A stretch of 64,000 nt of DNA from assembly GCF_006345805.1 (NCBI RefSeq), contig NW_021833893.1, forward strand, positions 310,001 through 374,000, given 5' to 3'. Position 1 is the stretch's first letter. Each line of letters opens with the position of its first letter. The DNA is from Octopus sinensis (lineage: Eukaryota). Below, piece by piece: positions 23,721 through 37,030 of this stretch. The notes beneath the pieces were generated by a model that was given only the letters and a program-made list of their open reading frames with translations, did no database searches and was not told the origin of the DNA. Made by a program: the position numbers and the translations under genes.

Positions 23721-25621
23721 TGAATAAAGTAAATAGTGTTTAACTGAAATAATATATGAATTATAAGCTAGGTAAAGAATGAAAAAATAAATGGCCGCTA
23801 TAGGAATTAATCGTTGTATGATGAGTTAAAACAGAAGAAAAAAATAAAGTAAGATAAGGTGAATATACTAATTTGATTAATTAAGTATGTGCCATATCTT
23901 TACCATGTTTAAAATGAAGGTAATGGTGTAAGAGTATTCTACAGCATGGCTCGTCTTACAGCATCTAAATTTGTGGGAAAATCGAAAGGTTTTAAATAAT
24001 TTATGTATACAAAATATAAGTTGGTCCTCTATACATGGGCCAAAATTGTCCGTGTTTGTTATGCATGAAAGAATCTATACAAATACTATCACATAACCCA
24101 ACACGATTATTAAACAAACATCATGAAGCGTTGTTCTCTTATATGTATGTGAAGTTCTAACTCTGTGTGTGCATGTGTACGTCAAGTTGAAGATTACCTA
24201 GTTACATTACAACTGTGCTTTCGCTATTACAAGTTCAAAGGTAATGTAGAAAACGTAGGATAATTTCTTATATCATTATAGTTAATATTGTTTCTATATT
24301 TATGATCAGGGTTTCTGTGATTATTGATTAAAATACATTTAAACGTTGTTGATGATTAAAGCTTGAGTAAAGACATGTGTGAAACCAATGTGAATGTCTA
24401 ACGAATTTTACCCATAGAGCTTTAAAAGTTCAGAAAATAATAAAAGAGGACAGTTGTCCTAAATTCCACGCTGTATGATTGAATGGAAAGCACGAAAAAA
24501 ATGAATTTCTTAACCAACAGCCACACTACACCTTGATTTGTGTACAGGGTTGATGAAGATTTTTATGCTTTCGAGATCAATAACATAAATACCAGTCACA
24601 TAAAATCGACTTCTCTCTTCCTCCCTAACGAAAAATCGTTATTTATTATATTAAGAGGCTACTGATCGGCCAGAATCGATTGAGGCTAAGACAAATACCT
24701 CGCGGTATTTGGTTATGTTCCTTGTGTTCTCATTTAAATCTCGCTGAAACTTCGTCTTTAATCCTACTAGGGCTGAGAAATGGTACCGGTCATATAACAA
24801 CATGAATGTACACCACTATTAAAATGAATGACCTTGTCCCAATGTTATACATTCTTTTTAATCAACCATTTTGCACTACATCCTTCTCATCAGTACAATC
24901 ATAGTTATTACTGCCATTATTATTACCATTATTATAACCATTATTCTCTCAATTTCATATTTAGCTATTTTCCCTCTCTAACAGATCTTTGCATATTGTT
25001 TATGGTACGTTATTCTTACAGTTTATCTTTAGAACATTAGGTTTTAATGCAATATACTTTGAAAGTAATTATTCTTTGTATGTACAAAACAGCCATGTAT
25101 TATATTTCTTGACATTTATTTTTGAGCATTTGCTTGTTGGAATTCTTATCTATAACTTCAGTGTTTTTCGGTGAAAAAATTACCATTTCCCTTTAAAATC
25201 CTATCAAGTATTGTTTTCTGAAGTTTAAGCCATATATTTAAGAAATTTTAATTTACATTTTTAAACTTTTTTATTATCTGTTACAGAAATATGATGTGGT
25301 TTTTATGTATCGGCTAATTTATTCATTAATATTTTTATGTGATAAATTATATAAATTATCATTTTTAAACTTCTTTTTTAAACTTTGTAATATCATATGT
25401 TGCAGAGAATGAGAGTATACAATACTACTTAAATGATTCTCAATGAACTGTAGCAGTGCATATAATATCTGAGCTACTGAATGCTTAAAATCTTTAACGA
25501 TTTCTGGAGAGGCTATGTACGTTGTTACGAAAATAGCTTAACTTCTCTTCATCTTGCTTTTCAATTTCTTTCTCTCTTTCTCCACTCTCTCTTCTTCCCA
25601 GTCCGTCTACGTACACGTGCC

Positions 25622-25703
<82 letters not shown>

Positions 25704-26471
25704 ATACACACACAACACACGCACACACACATTCACACATCCTTCAGACTGCTGCTCTTACACCCTTCTACTGCCCCAACTACTACTGACCATCCCATGC
25801 AAAAACACACTACCACCCATACATCCACCTGTTACCATAGCTGCTACGTCTCATTACAACATTAACAGACATATACACAGATCGCTTACATAAACACATG
25901 TAAACAGTTAATATCACACACACACACATACACACACACAGTTACCACTACTTGCACACACGCTACCACGCGCACACAAATACACGCACTCAGTTACTGC
26001 CACACACACATGGTTCCAGTTGATTTGACCTTACACACATACACACCACCACCACCACCACAGGTACATACCCACACATACTCAGTTTCTGCCACACACG
26101 CACACACAGAGTTACTGTTACACTCACACGCTACCATACACACACAAACGCTATCACACACACATACCACCGCACAGACATCCACACATACACGCAGAAA
26201 TCAACCATTCTTCACACTCCTATCCCAGAAAACATTTTCTCTTTGTCCATCTACTTTCAGTCATTCCAAAATGTAACTACACGTGGAGTGTTGGCGATCT
26301 TTTACCTCCTTCATCCTTTTCTTTTGGATTTCCTTATGTCTCTTGTTTCCGAAGAAGATCTTTGCTCGAAACGTAAAACAACCACTCTTTCTTTCATTCT
26401 CTTTGCGTGTACCACTTCCTCGCGTTGTTTTTTTCTTGTTGTCTTATTCCCCTTTTTTTTTTAATTATATA

Positions 26472-27737
26472 CATGGGCTGAACAAAATAATGGAATCACC
26501 TAGCATCATAGTTTTGAAATATCTATAAAACCGTCAAAAGCTTGTTTATTTTTATGTTTTTTGATTTATTATTAGTGTTACTCAATACGTTTTGCTAAAA
26601 TTGATGTTTTTTTCAGATATCATCAGAAAAAGGTAATTAAAATTCATTAAAATGACAGATCTACCGGACTTTCAATGAGGTCAAATTGTTGATGCTCGTA
26701 TAGCATGCGCTAGCATAACGAACATAGCTAAAATGTTTGGTGTATCAAAAAGTACTGTCTCGAAAGTAATGACAGCTTTTGAGAAAGAGGGAAATACCTC
26801 CTCGTCGAAACAAAACTCCGGAAGAAAACCAAAACTTTCAGATAGGGACAGTCGGACTCTTACGCGAATTGTTAGAAAGGATCACAAAAGTACGGCTCCC
26901 AAAATTGCTGCAGAGCTTAATGGCCACCTCGAGAACCCAGTTTCCGCAAAAACTGTTTGCCGGGAGCTGCACAAAGCCGGATTTCACGGGAGGGCTGCAA
27001 TCAGAAAACCACTACTTTGAAAAACAAACATTGCAAAGCGTTTAGTGTGGAGTAAAAACCTACAGAATTGGTCCCTAGAGCAGTAGAAGAATGTTATTTT
27101 CTCGGACGAGTCATCCTTTACCTTATTTCCGACCACTCGCCGAGTATACGTGCGGAGATAGCTAAAAGAAGCATTTGACTGAGACTGCCTTCTTCCAACT
27201 GTTAAACATGGAGGAGGATCTGTGATAATCTGGGGGGCGGGGCTATATCTTGGAAATCCGCAGGCCCAATGGTTTCCCTTCATGGCAAAATTAATAATAA
27301 AGACTATTTAAGCATTCTATCTGATCAAATTCATCCTAGGTTTGCGGAACTGTTTCCGGTGGGAAACTCAATTATATTGGATGGTAATGCACTGATTCAC
27401 ACAGCTAAAGTTGTTAGTGAATGGCACGCGGAGCATTCTAATGAAGTTGAACATCTTATCTGGCCACCACGGTCCCCAGATTTTAATATTATTGAACATT
27501 TATGGTGCATTTTAGAAAAAGTAAGGAATCGATATCCTCCACCATCATCACTACAAGAACTGGAGACTGTTTTAGCTGAAGAATTGACAAAAATTCCTTT
27601 GGAAACAATTCAATCTTTGTACGAGTGCATAGCTCATAGAATTCAAGCTGTAATTACTACCAAAGGCGGTCATACGCCATATTAAAATAAATTTGTTTGA
27701 AATTTTAAGGTGTTTCCATTATTTTGCCCAGCCCCTG
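26472..27737 (+). mobile_element. Full-length Tc1-like DNA transposon (DD34E), transposase pseudogenised
   Basis: ~30-bp TIRs (catgggctgaacaaaataatggaatcacct at 26472; aggtgtttccattattttgcccagcccctg ending 27737) with TA on both sides. Motifs FGVSKSTV, GRKPKLS, FSDES, VKHGGGSVIIWG and WPPRSPDFNIIEHLW are present with several stops and a frameshift. Confidence 0.93.
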
Positions 27738-27744
27738 TATATAG

Positions 27745-28161
27745 AGGCGCAGGAGTGGCTGTATGGTAAGAAGCTTGCTTACCAACCACATGGTTCCGAG
27801 TTCAGTCCCACTACGTGACACCTTGGCAAGTGTCTTCTTCTATTGCCTCGGGCTAAACAAAGCTTTTGAGTGGATTTGGTAGACGGAAACTGAAAGAAGC
27901 CCGTCGTGTATATATATATATGTATATATATGTGTGTATGTGTGTGTTTGTGTGTGTGTTTTTGTCCTCCCAACGTCGCTTGACAACCGATGCTGGTGTG
28001 TTTACGTTCCCGTAACTTAACGGTTCGGCAAAAGAGATCGATAGAATAAGTACATGGCTTACAAAGAAAAAGTGCTGGGCTCGATTTGCCTGACTAAAGA
28101 TGGTGCTCCAGCATGGCCCCAGTTAAATAACTGAAACAAAAGAACAAAAGAATAAAAGAAT
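27745..28161 (+). mobile_element. tRNA-derived SINE family B, near full length
   Basis: Head aggcgcaggagtggctgtatggtaag...gagttcagtccc; internal (TA/TG)n; tail gatagaataagtac...gctccagcatggcc...actgaaac...aaaagaat. Confidence 0.85.
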
Positions 28162-28317
28162 ATATATATATATACACAAATTGAGATAGGGGTTGTAAAT
28201 GCAACCATCCATGGGATAAATATATGTTTACTAATTTATATTATTTATTTACATCATTATGTATATGTATATTTTTATATGTATAGGAGTGTGGGTATAT
28301 GCACTCATATGTATATG

Positions 28318-28450
28318 TATATCTCCGAAGAGGCCTTATGATATTTTTGTAAATGTCTCATTTATAGCTATATATTGACCTACCATAAAAGGCTAATATT
28401 GGTAAAATGAGACATACTTATCTACATGGCCGAAACAGCTGTAAGATATA
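28318..28450 (+). ncRNA. Type I hammerhead ribozyme-like motif with U4C core variant and branched stem II
   Basis: tatatct-CCGAAGA-GGCC...GGCC-GAAAC-AGCT-GTA-agatata. Stem I is 7 bp; stem III is the palindrome ACAGCTGT; an 11-bp hairpin atgtctcattt/aaatgagacat lies inside loop II. Confidence 0.7.
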
Positions 28451-28679
28451 TTCTATACTTATATTTATATTTACTTATATTTATATTCTCTATTTTATAT
28501 ATATTCTACTTATTATACAACATTACTCTTTTATGTACACTTTTTATGTACATTCCTTTATGTACACTGATTTGTTCTGCTTTTTTATGTCTCTTATGTG
28601 GTGGTTTAATAAAGTATGTGATTGAGTATTATCTGGTAATTGATATTTGATTTAGATGTATTTCTCAATTTTCTTATCT

Positions 28680-28760
<81 letters not shown>

Positions 28761-29268
28761 GTACTGTTCGTGATTGTAAGATCAACAAAAAGAGTACCTC
28801 ATCTAGTGAGAGATAAATATTATTTGATAAGCACAATATATGTATTTATGTGCTACTATGAATTTCATATACTGAAAGCATGCTAAACAGTGATATTAAC
28901 ATGTCTGGTGTCCTAGTACAATCATTAGATACTGCCAACATGGCACAACGAACTAAGAGTGTGACGATAGGAAGAGAGAAAATGCGAGAAAAGTGAGAAA
29001 GAGGTAGATATAAACGGTGGAAGGCTGAAAAACCGGAAAACGAAACAGAAACCAGCTTTCTTTTTCGTATTCCGATTTTCAACCGCTTACCTTTTACATC
29101 TACAACTTTCTCACCTTTTCTCGCCTTTTCTCTCATTCTACTGTCCCATTTTTAGTTCGTTATGCCATGTGGGCAGTGTCCGGTGATTGTGCTAGGACAC
29201 CAGACGTATTGAATTCACTGATAGGTATGTTCTTAGCACATGAAACTAATAGTAGTACATAAATACAC

Positions 29269-29563
29269 GGAGGTTCAATGGCCCAGTGGTTAGGGCAGCG
29301 GACTCGCGGTCGTAGGATCGCGAAAACACCTAAAGCTCCACGAGGCAAGGGGTGGTGGCGAACCCTGCTGTACTCTTTTACCACAACTTTCTCTATTTCT
29401 TCCTGTTTCTGTTGTACCTGTATTTCACACTCCGCGTCACGCTGAATGTTTACGGTTCACGTGTCTGTGGAGTGCTCGGTTATTTGCACATTAATTTCAC
29501 GAGCAGGCTGTTCCATTGATCAAATCAACTGGAACCATTGTCGTCGTAACCGACAGAGTGCCA
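29269..29563 (+). mobile_element. tRNA-derived SINE family C copy, B-box region apparently deleted
   Basis: ggaggttcaatggcccagtggttagggcagcggactcgcggtcgtaggatcgcg|aaaacacc..., ending gtcgtcgtaaccgacagagtgcca. Confidence 0.65.
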
Positions 29564-31148
29564 TACAATCATACAGACATACATACACATGTATGTATGT
29601 ATGTATGTATGTATGTATGTATGTATGTATGTATGTATGCACCTATCTATATATATGTATGTATAAATGTATGTGTGCGCGTTTGCGTGCGTAATGGTAA
29701 CAGTCTTTCAATTATACCAGAAGTAAACACTGTCGAATAGAAGTATTCACTATACGAGAAATGTAGAGTGAAAGTAATTTAGAAAGAATTCTGTATTTCG
29801 TGAAATATGTGTGAAGTCTTGCATATATTGATTAGAGATAAGTACTTTTAGAGACTGTTGCTGAGCAGAACAATGCAAACAACGGAGTAGTAGCAGTGAC
29901 ACTCTCATACATTTTAGTAGTATTATCGACTACCTCAATATTATCAACAGTATTATCAAAGATGATACAGCAATAAGAGCGAGTGTAACATCAACAACAA
30001 TAACATCAACAAAGTCAACTATAATATCGACTATGATACCAACGATGTTATCAAATTTCTAATAATATCAACGTTTCCATTGTTGACAGTTGTTTATGTT
30101 TGGGTCCGGAAAGATATTGAACTCAGGATAAATAATATTATTGTATCTTGGGAGGGTCATTTTACTAATAAAGGCAGATTCACTCTCATATTGCGTTTCT
30201 TTATTTCTATCAATAATTTAGCTATTTAAGTAATCAATTGTTTGATTTTAATCCAGCATGGAGACATTTACACCATTGCTCACTCTGCTCGAAGTAGCTG
30301 TTAAAACATCCTCAAATTATATACTACTCTCTTCATAAAAGAAAGACAAGTTCGATAACCTGGTCACAGGAGCTTCTTTAAATGCAGGATGGGTATGACT
30401 GAAATGTCTTAGATCATAATCTTGCTCGATCAGGTTTGACTGTGGGATAAATAACAACAATTGTGACTCCTTATGGTAACGAATCAAGAAAATTATTTCA
30501 AATTGACGTACATTCATTATAATCCAATCGTAATTTATTAATCAGCTCAGCTGAAATGCGCTTTATATTTTTTGTACTACTCAAAATATGTTTTACATTT
30601 TATCTTCAGAATATTTTAGGCGTCACCAAAATGTACATCAATATCATCGATCCTTTCAAATATTTCTCAATGATGTATAGATGCAGCTGTAAATTTTGTA
30701 CCGTCTAAAGCAGGTTAGATAAGACGATCTATGTGTTGTGAAATTTAAGTTAGTTCAGTCAGTCTTTGGATTTAGCATACTTAAAGAATATGGTAATAAT
30801 TTTAATAATAAAATTCTACACTATTGGGACTAACTCCAAACGTCACCACATAACAAAGCATGCTTTAGGTGTAGCTCAAAAGGTATCAGTATTGATTTAA
30901 TACATAAATTTATATAAAAATATATCTGATTGGAAAATTACTATTTTAAAATCTCATGTGAGATATTCAGCAACAGTACTTTGTAGTAAAGGTTGATTGC
31001 CAACATAACATGGCAGTCCTAGTTTTGAACGAATGTTGCTGTAATTTAGCCCCAGGAGTCATCGTCTCCAGCTGGCTATACGACGAGATCTGTGTCCTTA
31101 TATTTTCGAACAAGGGAATCTATCACCCCCATTCAGCTTAAAACAATA

Positions 31149-31193
31149 TCTGTGTATCGCAATTTCCGGGTTATTTCCCTTCATCAGCACAGA
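31149..31193 (-). ncRNA. Minimal type I hammerhead ribozyme-like motif
   Basis: tctgtg-CTGATGA-AGGG(aaataa)CCCG-GAAAT-TGCG-ATA-cacaga. Stem I is a perfect 6 bp; stem II is GGG/CCC; the triplet is AUA. Confidence 0.65.
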
Positions 31194-31929
31194 ATAATTG
31201 TTCAGCTAGAGGTTATTTCTTTATTCTAGGCACAAGGCCCAAACACAGAGGGGACATACATAGACATGCGGGGACAAACAACAAGTGAAAATGAATAAAT
31301 GAATATAATACAATGATATGAGACGGCCATAGCGGCCCCGCTCCGTGACGAAACCGTGATTTCTTTTTATACAATTAAATCAAACGTTTTTACAATCTTT
31401 TACTTTTTTTGTTTTGTATCGTTCTTTTTCTCCCCCCCCCCCAACTTTTAATAGTCAATTTTCCTTAAAAAAAAAACAAGACAAATTTTACTCCCTTGCT
31501 TTTAAATGTTCATAAAGGGTTTCAAATTTTCTAATTCCACGACCGGTGGGAGCTCGTCAAACTCGACTTCACCCCCCAGCGGTCTTTTTTTTATCTATGA
31601 TGATTACTTTAGCCTTTTCCGGGCAGCAGCCTTACTCTTATTGCCGATTTATATTTTACAATATTTTCTCTATTTGTGTACTTTTGGTATACGTGACCAA
31701 ATGCCACTTGTATTTCTTCGTTTTCACCTCCGTTTGCTTCGGCTCCCGACCTGATCTGTCCGGGCATGCTGAAACATCATAACCAAAATTATAAACGCTT
31801 CCTCTTTCCACCTGTTGTAATGCTGTTTCTTCCTGTGTGCCTTCTTCCACTACTAATTCTGCTGGTGTTTCGCACCTATTTCTTCTTTCCTATCTGTCTC
31901 TTTTACTGGTACTACCTCTTCGGTATTGT

Positions 31930-32680
31930 TTTCTTCACTTTTCTTCTCTTCGTTTTCCTTCTAGGGACACCTTACTTACATGTGCCCTTTTTGCCGCATA
32001 GGAAGCATGTTGGCGGTCTTCCTTCTACTGTTATTCGAAGTCTGATGTCTTCCGGGAGTATTATTTCCTTTTTCATATCATACAAGTCTTTCAAAGACAC
32101 CTGCATGGCCATCTCGAGGCCATACCCTCACCAACTGACCTTTTTGGTCCTTGTTATCTTGAGGATTTTCGCCTCATCCTCTGCACCGTGTATTATCGCT
32201 GCTACCAGCCATTCTCCCTTCATTTCGGGGGGCACTCTTCCAACTCTCACTCTGGCAACACGTTTGCCACAGTACGTCGAAAGTAGTACCCATTCCGGTG
32301 TCCTTAACAGCTCTGTGGGGTGGCTTATAGTATCTTTTTCGTTGCCAAACCTTACTTCCACTGCCATACTTCGTCCCACGTCTATAGAATGTGGTCAACC
32401 TTTTAACTTTTTCGAGGCACTCCTCTATTGCTTCTTTCGGGGCAACCGCTATCTTGTTCGAGGACGTAGACAACGTCCTGTATACTACCATCCTCTTCGC
32501 TACATTTTTTTTATCAGTTCTTCAGGAGGAGTCAGCTTTAGACTGGCTCCTTCTTTTTTAGCAATTTACTTCCTTCTTTCCATTTTCTTGTCTCAATTTT
32601 TATTTCCTGTATTTCCAGGGTGTTGGCATTTATTCTTTTAAATATTGTGTTAAATTTAATGTAGGCATTCTTGCGTCCAA
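31930..32680 (-). mobile_element. Tx1/L1-like ORF1 remnant with zinc knuckle (second copy)
   Basis: VVYRTLS...RLTTFYRRGTKYG...VEVRF...WVLLSTYCGKRVARVRVGRVPPE...GRPPTCFLCGKKGHM*VRCP; colinear with 3650-4386. Confidence 0.75.
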
Positions 32681-32699
32681 GGCCAAATTACTCCAGTTT

Positions 32700-32935
32700 C
32701 ATATTAGCCATTTATTTAATAAGAAATTATAGTGGATTTAATGAAATGATATATGCAATCCCACTCAAAAGTCTCATGAAGCTTTAGTGGATGACACCAG
32801 CGCTGGGCAACCAAATATACACCATTACCCTTTTTTGATGAATATTCTTTTTCGGATTTCGGATTGTGTTTTGTCTCTTCGTCTCTATGCAACCACCATG
32901 CAGAACGCTTGCTATTGTTGAAAGAATCCATTTTC
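32700..32935 (-). mobile_element. Mariner transposase fragment related to 7893-8552
   Basis: NNSKRSAWWLHRDEETKHNPK versus NNKRSARWLDRDEVPKHNPK; also shared DNA cttcatgag...gatgacac.agcgct. Confidence 0.75.
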
Positions 32936-33792
32936 GATTTTAGTTCGCTTTTAGTTCGCTTTTATGCTGTGACAGCAAAGAACAAGTTATAAGACGACGC
33001 GTTACTTGATTGTTTTGTCCTTCTTCTCTTACTTAGTCCTTAAATCCCTTTCTAAGTTTTATCATTTAATATACAAAATATAATGATATATAAATTTCGC
33101 TAAGTTTGGATATATATTTTCCCCCTGTACCCTTGATGCCTACTTAGATCTCATTGTGACCTTTGTTTTCTTTTTTATGCATTTTTCGATAATCATATTA
33201 TAGTTTAAGTCAACCCTGCCCTTCTTCTTTCTGGTTATCACCTATATACCATTATCTTGCTAGCATCTTCTGAAGTATATTCTTTTATGCAGACATGGCA
33301 AATTTGTAGTTGCAGCAAAATAGGGGGAATGAAGAGTACCTGGCATTAATTAATTTATCACCAGCAGCAAGAACTTAACTGTCAATTCCGAATAGTTTTA
33401 ATTCTAAGTGGTTGCAGAATACTTGCTGCATTGGATCTTTTGATTGTAATAAGGATAAAGATGAATGTAGCTATATCACCATTATTCTTTCTTGACCCCT
33501 ACTGTTATTTGCTTCTGTCACTTTAAATTATAGTAGGCTTTAAGTATTTTCTCCCCAAATTCATTCTGCTACAGTAGTAGTAGTGTAATTCTTTTAATCT
33601 TTAGTTCTGATGGAAAAATTTGCTAAAAAATTATAACGAAGTATCCTGCATATTGAAGACCCATACACTCTTATGCACCCGGGGAAAGCGGTTTATTTCA
33701 AATTGATTTAATGCTTGCATTGATTGATCAGATGGAGCCACTTGAAACGGCTGTAATGCACTAATACCTGGGCATCCTTCGTACTTATTTGC

Positions 33793-33888
<96 letters not shown>

Positions 33889-33891
<3 letters not shown>

Positions 33892-34142
33892 TGGCTGTGC
33901 GGTAGGAACCTTGATCTCAACCTCATGGTTCCGGGTTCAGTCCCATTGCGTGGCATCTTGATCAAGTGTCTTCTACTATAGCCTCGGGCTGACTGAAGCC
34001 TTATGAGTAGACTTGGTAGAGGGAAACTAAAAGAATCCCGTCGTATATATATATCTATATATAGGTATGTATTTGTGTATCTGTATTCCCCCCCCACAAT
34101 CACTTGACAACCGACGTTGGTGTATTTACATCCCCGCAACTA
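33889..34142 (+). mobile_element. SINE family B, 5' two-thirds
   Basis: gagtggctgtgcggtag...ccgggttcagtcccattgcgtggc...gtcttctactatagcctcggg. Confidence 0.85.
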
Positions 34143-34262
34143 ATAGAAGGTTTGGAAGTGATGTACAGGTATTATATATTAGAAGAAATAAGGCACTCAG
34201 AAACCTGAATGGTTTTATATTTACAGATTTTTATTAATATGTCACATGTTTTTATAAATCAT

Positions 34263-34303
34263 ATATTAGCGCTTGCATCTACTGTAGTAGACTCTTCAGA
34301 TTG
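34263..34303 (-). ncRNA. Mutated minimal hammerhead-like motif (GAAA changed to GCAA)
   Basis: at-CTGAAGA-GTCTAC(taca)GTAGAT-GCAA-GCGC-TA-at. Stem II is 6 bp and stem III is the palindrome AGCGCT, but one core base is non-canonical. Confidence 0.4.
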
Positions 34304-34440
34304 GGATGTGTTTGAGATGATTCCTTTCGTTTTATATTATTATTGTGTGTGTAGGGTGGGGAGAGATATAGGATAGTAAAAGAGGGTGAGGAATAGTGAG
34401 AAAGTGACAGAGGGTGTGTGTGTTTGTGTGTGTATGTGTA

Positions 34441-34493
<53 letters not shown>

Positions 34494-34604
34494 CTGTGTC
34501 TGAGTATCTGAAAGGAGTGTCAATGGAAAAGGGAAGGAAAGAAAGAAGGAAGAGAGAAAGAAGAAAAAATTTGCCTACATTTTTACAGCAGGTCAGTTCT
34601 TTCA

Positions 34605-34893
34605 ATAGAAAGTGATGAGTTGATTCTCGGCCTTTAAAAATGGTAAAACCAGGTGGCTACTCTGAGTGGGGTCTTGATAAAAGTTATTTTTCAAAAAAAT
34701 GTTTGGATTTATTATCATTGTCATCATCATTGTCCAGTGAGAGAGAGAGAGAGAGAGGGAGAGAGAGAGAGAGTGAGAGCGTGAATGTTTGTGAGTATGT
34801 GCCTGTGTCTCTGAAATAGAAAGTGATGAGTTGATTCTTGACCTTTAAAAATGGCAAAACTAGGTGGGTACTCTAAGGGGGTTCTTGACAGAA
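34605..34893 (+). repeat. Diverged ~80-bp direct duplication (about 34605-34682 and 34816-34893)
   Basis: aatagaaagtgatgagttgattct.g.cctttaaaaatgg.aaaac.aggtgg occurs twice. Confidence 0.85.
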
Positions 34894-35930
34894 GAAAAAA
34901 TTGTGTTTACACCTATACAGCTATATATATATATATATATATATATACATACATACGCACACATATCGGTGAAAAAATTATAAGAGAATGAATTAAAATA
35001 ACGATTTGTGTATCATACTAAATGTAAATATACACCGTTGAAAGTCATGCTGCTGTGATTTTTGTCCGAGAAAGAATCTCTTCATAGACATCTGGTTTTA
35101 CTAATACAGTATGTATCGAAACGAAACGAATATCACCGCAGCCGTAACACATTGAAACACTGCAAGGGTTTCGATTCTTCTCGGAGCTTCTCTGCATCCA
35201 CTTGCACCTATTCTCATGTCCTTATTTGTCACATGCATGAACAAATTTCGTTACTACACACACTCACGTATATATGTGTAAAAGGTCCTGGTAGGGTATA
35301 AAGATAGATTTTCAGCAATTCTGCAAATTAACCCCTATATTTAATCCTGTTTAGCTTTCTTTTGCTTTTCCTCTTTCTTCCTCCTTTCTTCTCATTTTCA
35401 TACTTGTCGTCATCATGTCCTAGTCCTCCTCCTCCTTCTCCCCTTCCTCCCCATCCTCCTCCTCCTCCTCCTCCTATCCTCCTCCTCCTCCTCCTCCTCC
35501 TCCTCCTTCTTCTTCTTCTTCTTCTTCTTCTTTCTTCTTCTTCTTTCTTTCTTTCTTTTCACCCTTTCTCGCATGTTCTCTATACTAACTATTTATCTCC
35601 TAACCATAATTTTATTTGCTTTTGTTTCCTCCCTATATAAGTAAAAAAAAAACTGTCTGGGAGACGCACAAAGTTTAGAGCGCACCTTTTACGGAAGAAG
35701 AGCCACTCTAATCTCTAAAATCGCACATTTACGTAAATTTTCACTTCAAATTTTGCGTAAACTGGCGTTGCAAGCAGAGTTGGTACAAAAACAATTGTAA
35801 TGAATCATTAAAGATGTATTTTATCCCGGGTTCCAAAACCTCATGTGTGATGAGATTTTTTTACACATATATGTATGTATATATATCATTGGCACTTATT
35901 AAACTCTCTGTAACTTCTGCCTTATTATTA

Positions 35931-35984
<54 letters not shown>

Positions 35985-35994
35985 TTTCCTCAAT

Positions 35995-36560
35995 GGACCC
36001 GGAAGTTGTTCGCAAACAGCAGTAGTAATTTTCTTCAGCTGGATACATGTCATTGATTGGTTAAAATTACCCAAATACGAAAACTTTAACATGAAATAAC
36101 TTCTGAAATACAAAATTTTGTCAAAAACGTTATGAGTAAACCCTGTTCAATGTAATAATTCTACCAATATCCGAAGTTTCAAAGTGTTTAGTTTAAAAAA
36201 AATAATTAAAAACTCTGGCCGTCAAATTGAATAGATCCCAGCTATGACCAAGGAGCAACACTTTCCCTTCGCTCGACATACGAATAGAACAGAGTGGCGA
36301 CATTTAAAAAAGATGACCCGGAAGTTGTTCCTCTTTGATTACTCCCGCAAGTATCAGTAGCTTTTTCAACTGAATACAAGTCGCTGATTGGTTAAAATTA
36401 CCCAAATACGACAACTTTTACACGAAATAACTTCTAAAATACGAAATCTTGTCAAAAATGTTGAAAGCAAACCGTGTTTAGAGTGAAAAATTATACCAAT
36501 ATAACTGTTTAGTTAAAAGAAAATAATTTAAAAATGTGTGAGCGAAACTGAACAGATCCC
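35995..36560 (+). repeat. Two tandem diverged ~245-bp units (about 35995-36240 and 36315-36560)
   Basis: Both run gacccggaagttgttc...gattggttaaaattacccaaatacga...gaaataacttct...agatccc. Confidence 0.8.
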
Positions 36561-37030
36561 ATAATTCCTTTAATGCATTGCTATATACATTTCCACAAAC
36601 TCCATTCTTTAGTCATTGTATTCCCCATCCATAGGAATCAAAAACATGATTTTCAAAATCCATGGATTTTAAGGAGAACCATTAATACATGTGCTCGTTT
36701 CATCAGGCAAAGATGCATTAGTGTTCTGGCTTCACTGAGTGTTTGGCTAAGGGATATTTACATCAGAAGGATGTGTGGGGTCTATGGTGATTTGAATTTT
36801 GTTATCATTATCTTATAACTTTCTACCTTTCCTCTACCAACTTGTATCTTTCTGTCGAGCAAACTGTCTCGATTCAATCATCATTTCTTTATTTCTACTT
36901 AGACTTAGTTTATTTTAAATTTAAATTTCTATGCTTATTTTGATTTCATATTTTTTATTCTAATTTTCATTGCTGTCACTAGCAACAAGGCTATCATCAT
37001 AATTTTTTATGTTTAATTACTTGAAACAGA

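Noticed and set aside
30600-30860. KLLPYSLSMLNP resembling a DDE transposase motif (PPYSP.LNP)
   Set aside because: No other catalytic motifs or TIRs found.
31766-32641. 291-aa hydrophobic plus-strand ORF
   Set aside because: Antisense of the purine-rich ORF1 remnant; no independent protein signature.
33634-33783. Tiny mariner-like MITE with tacgaag ends
   Set aside because: Terminal match is too short and imperfect to support.
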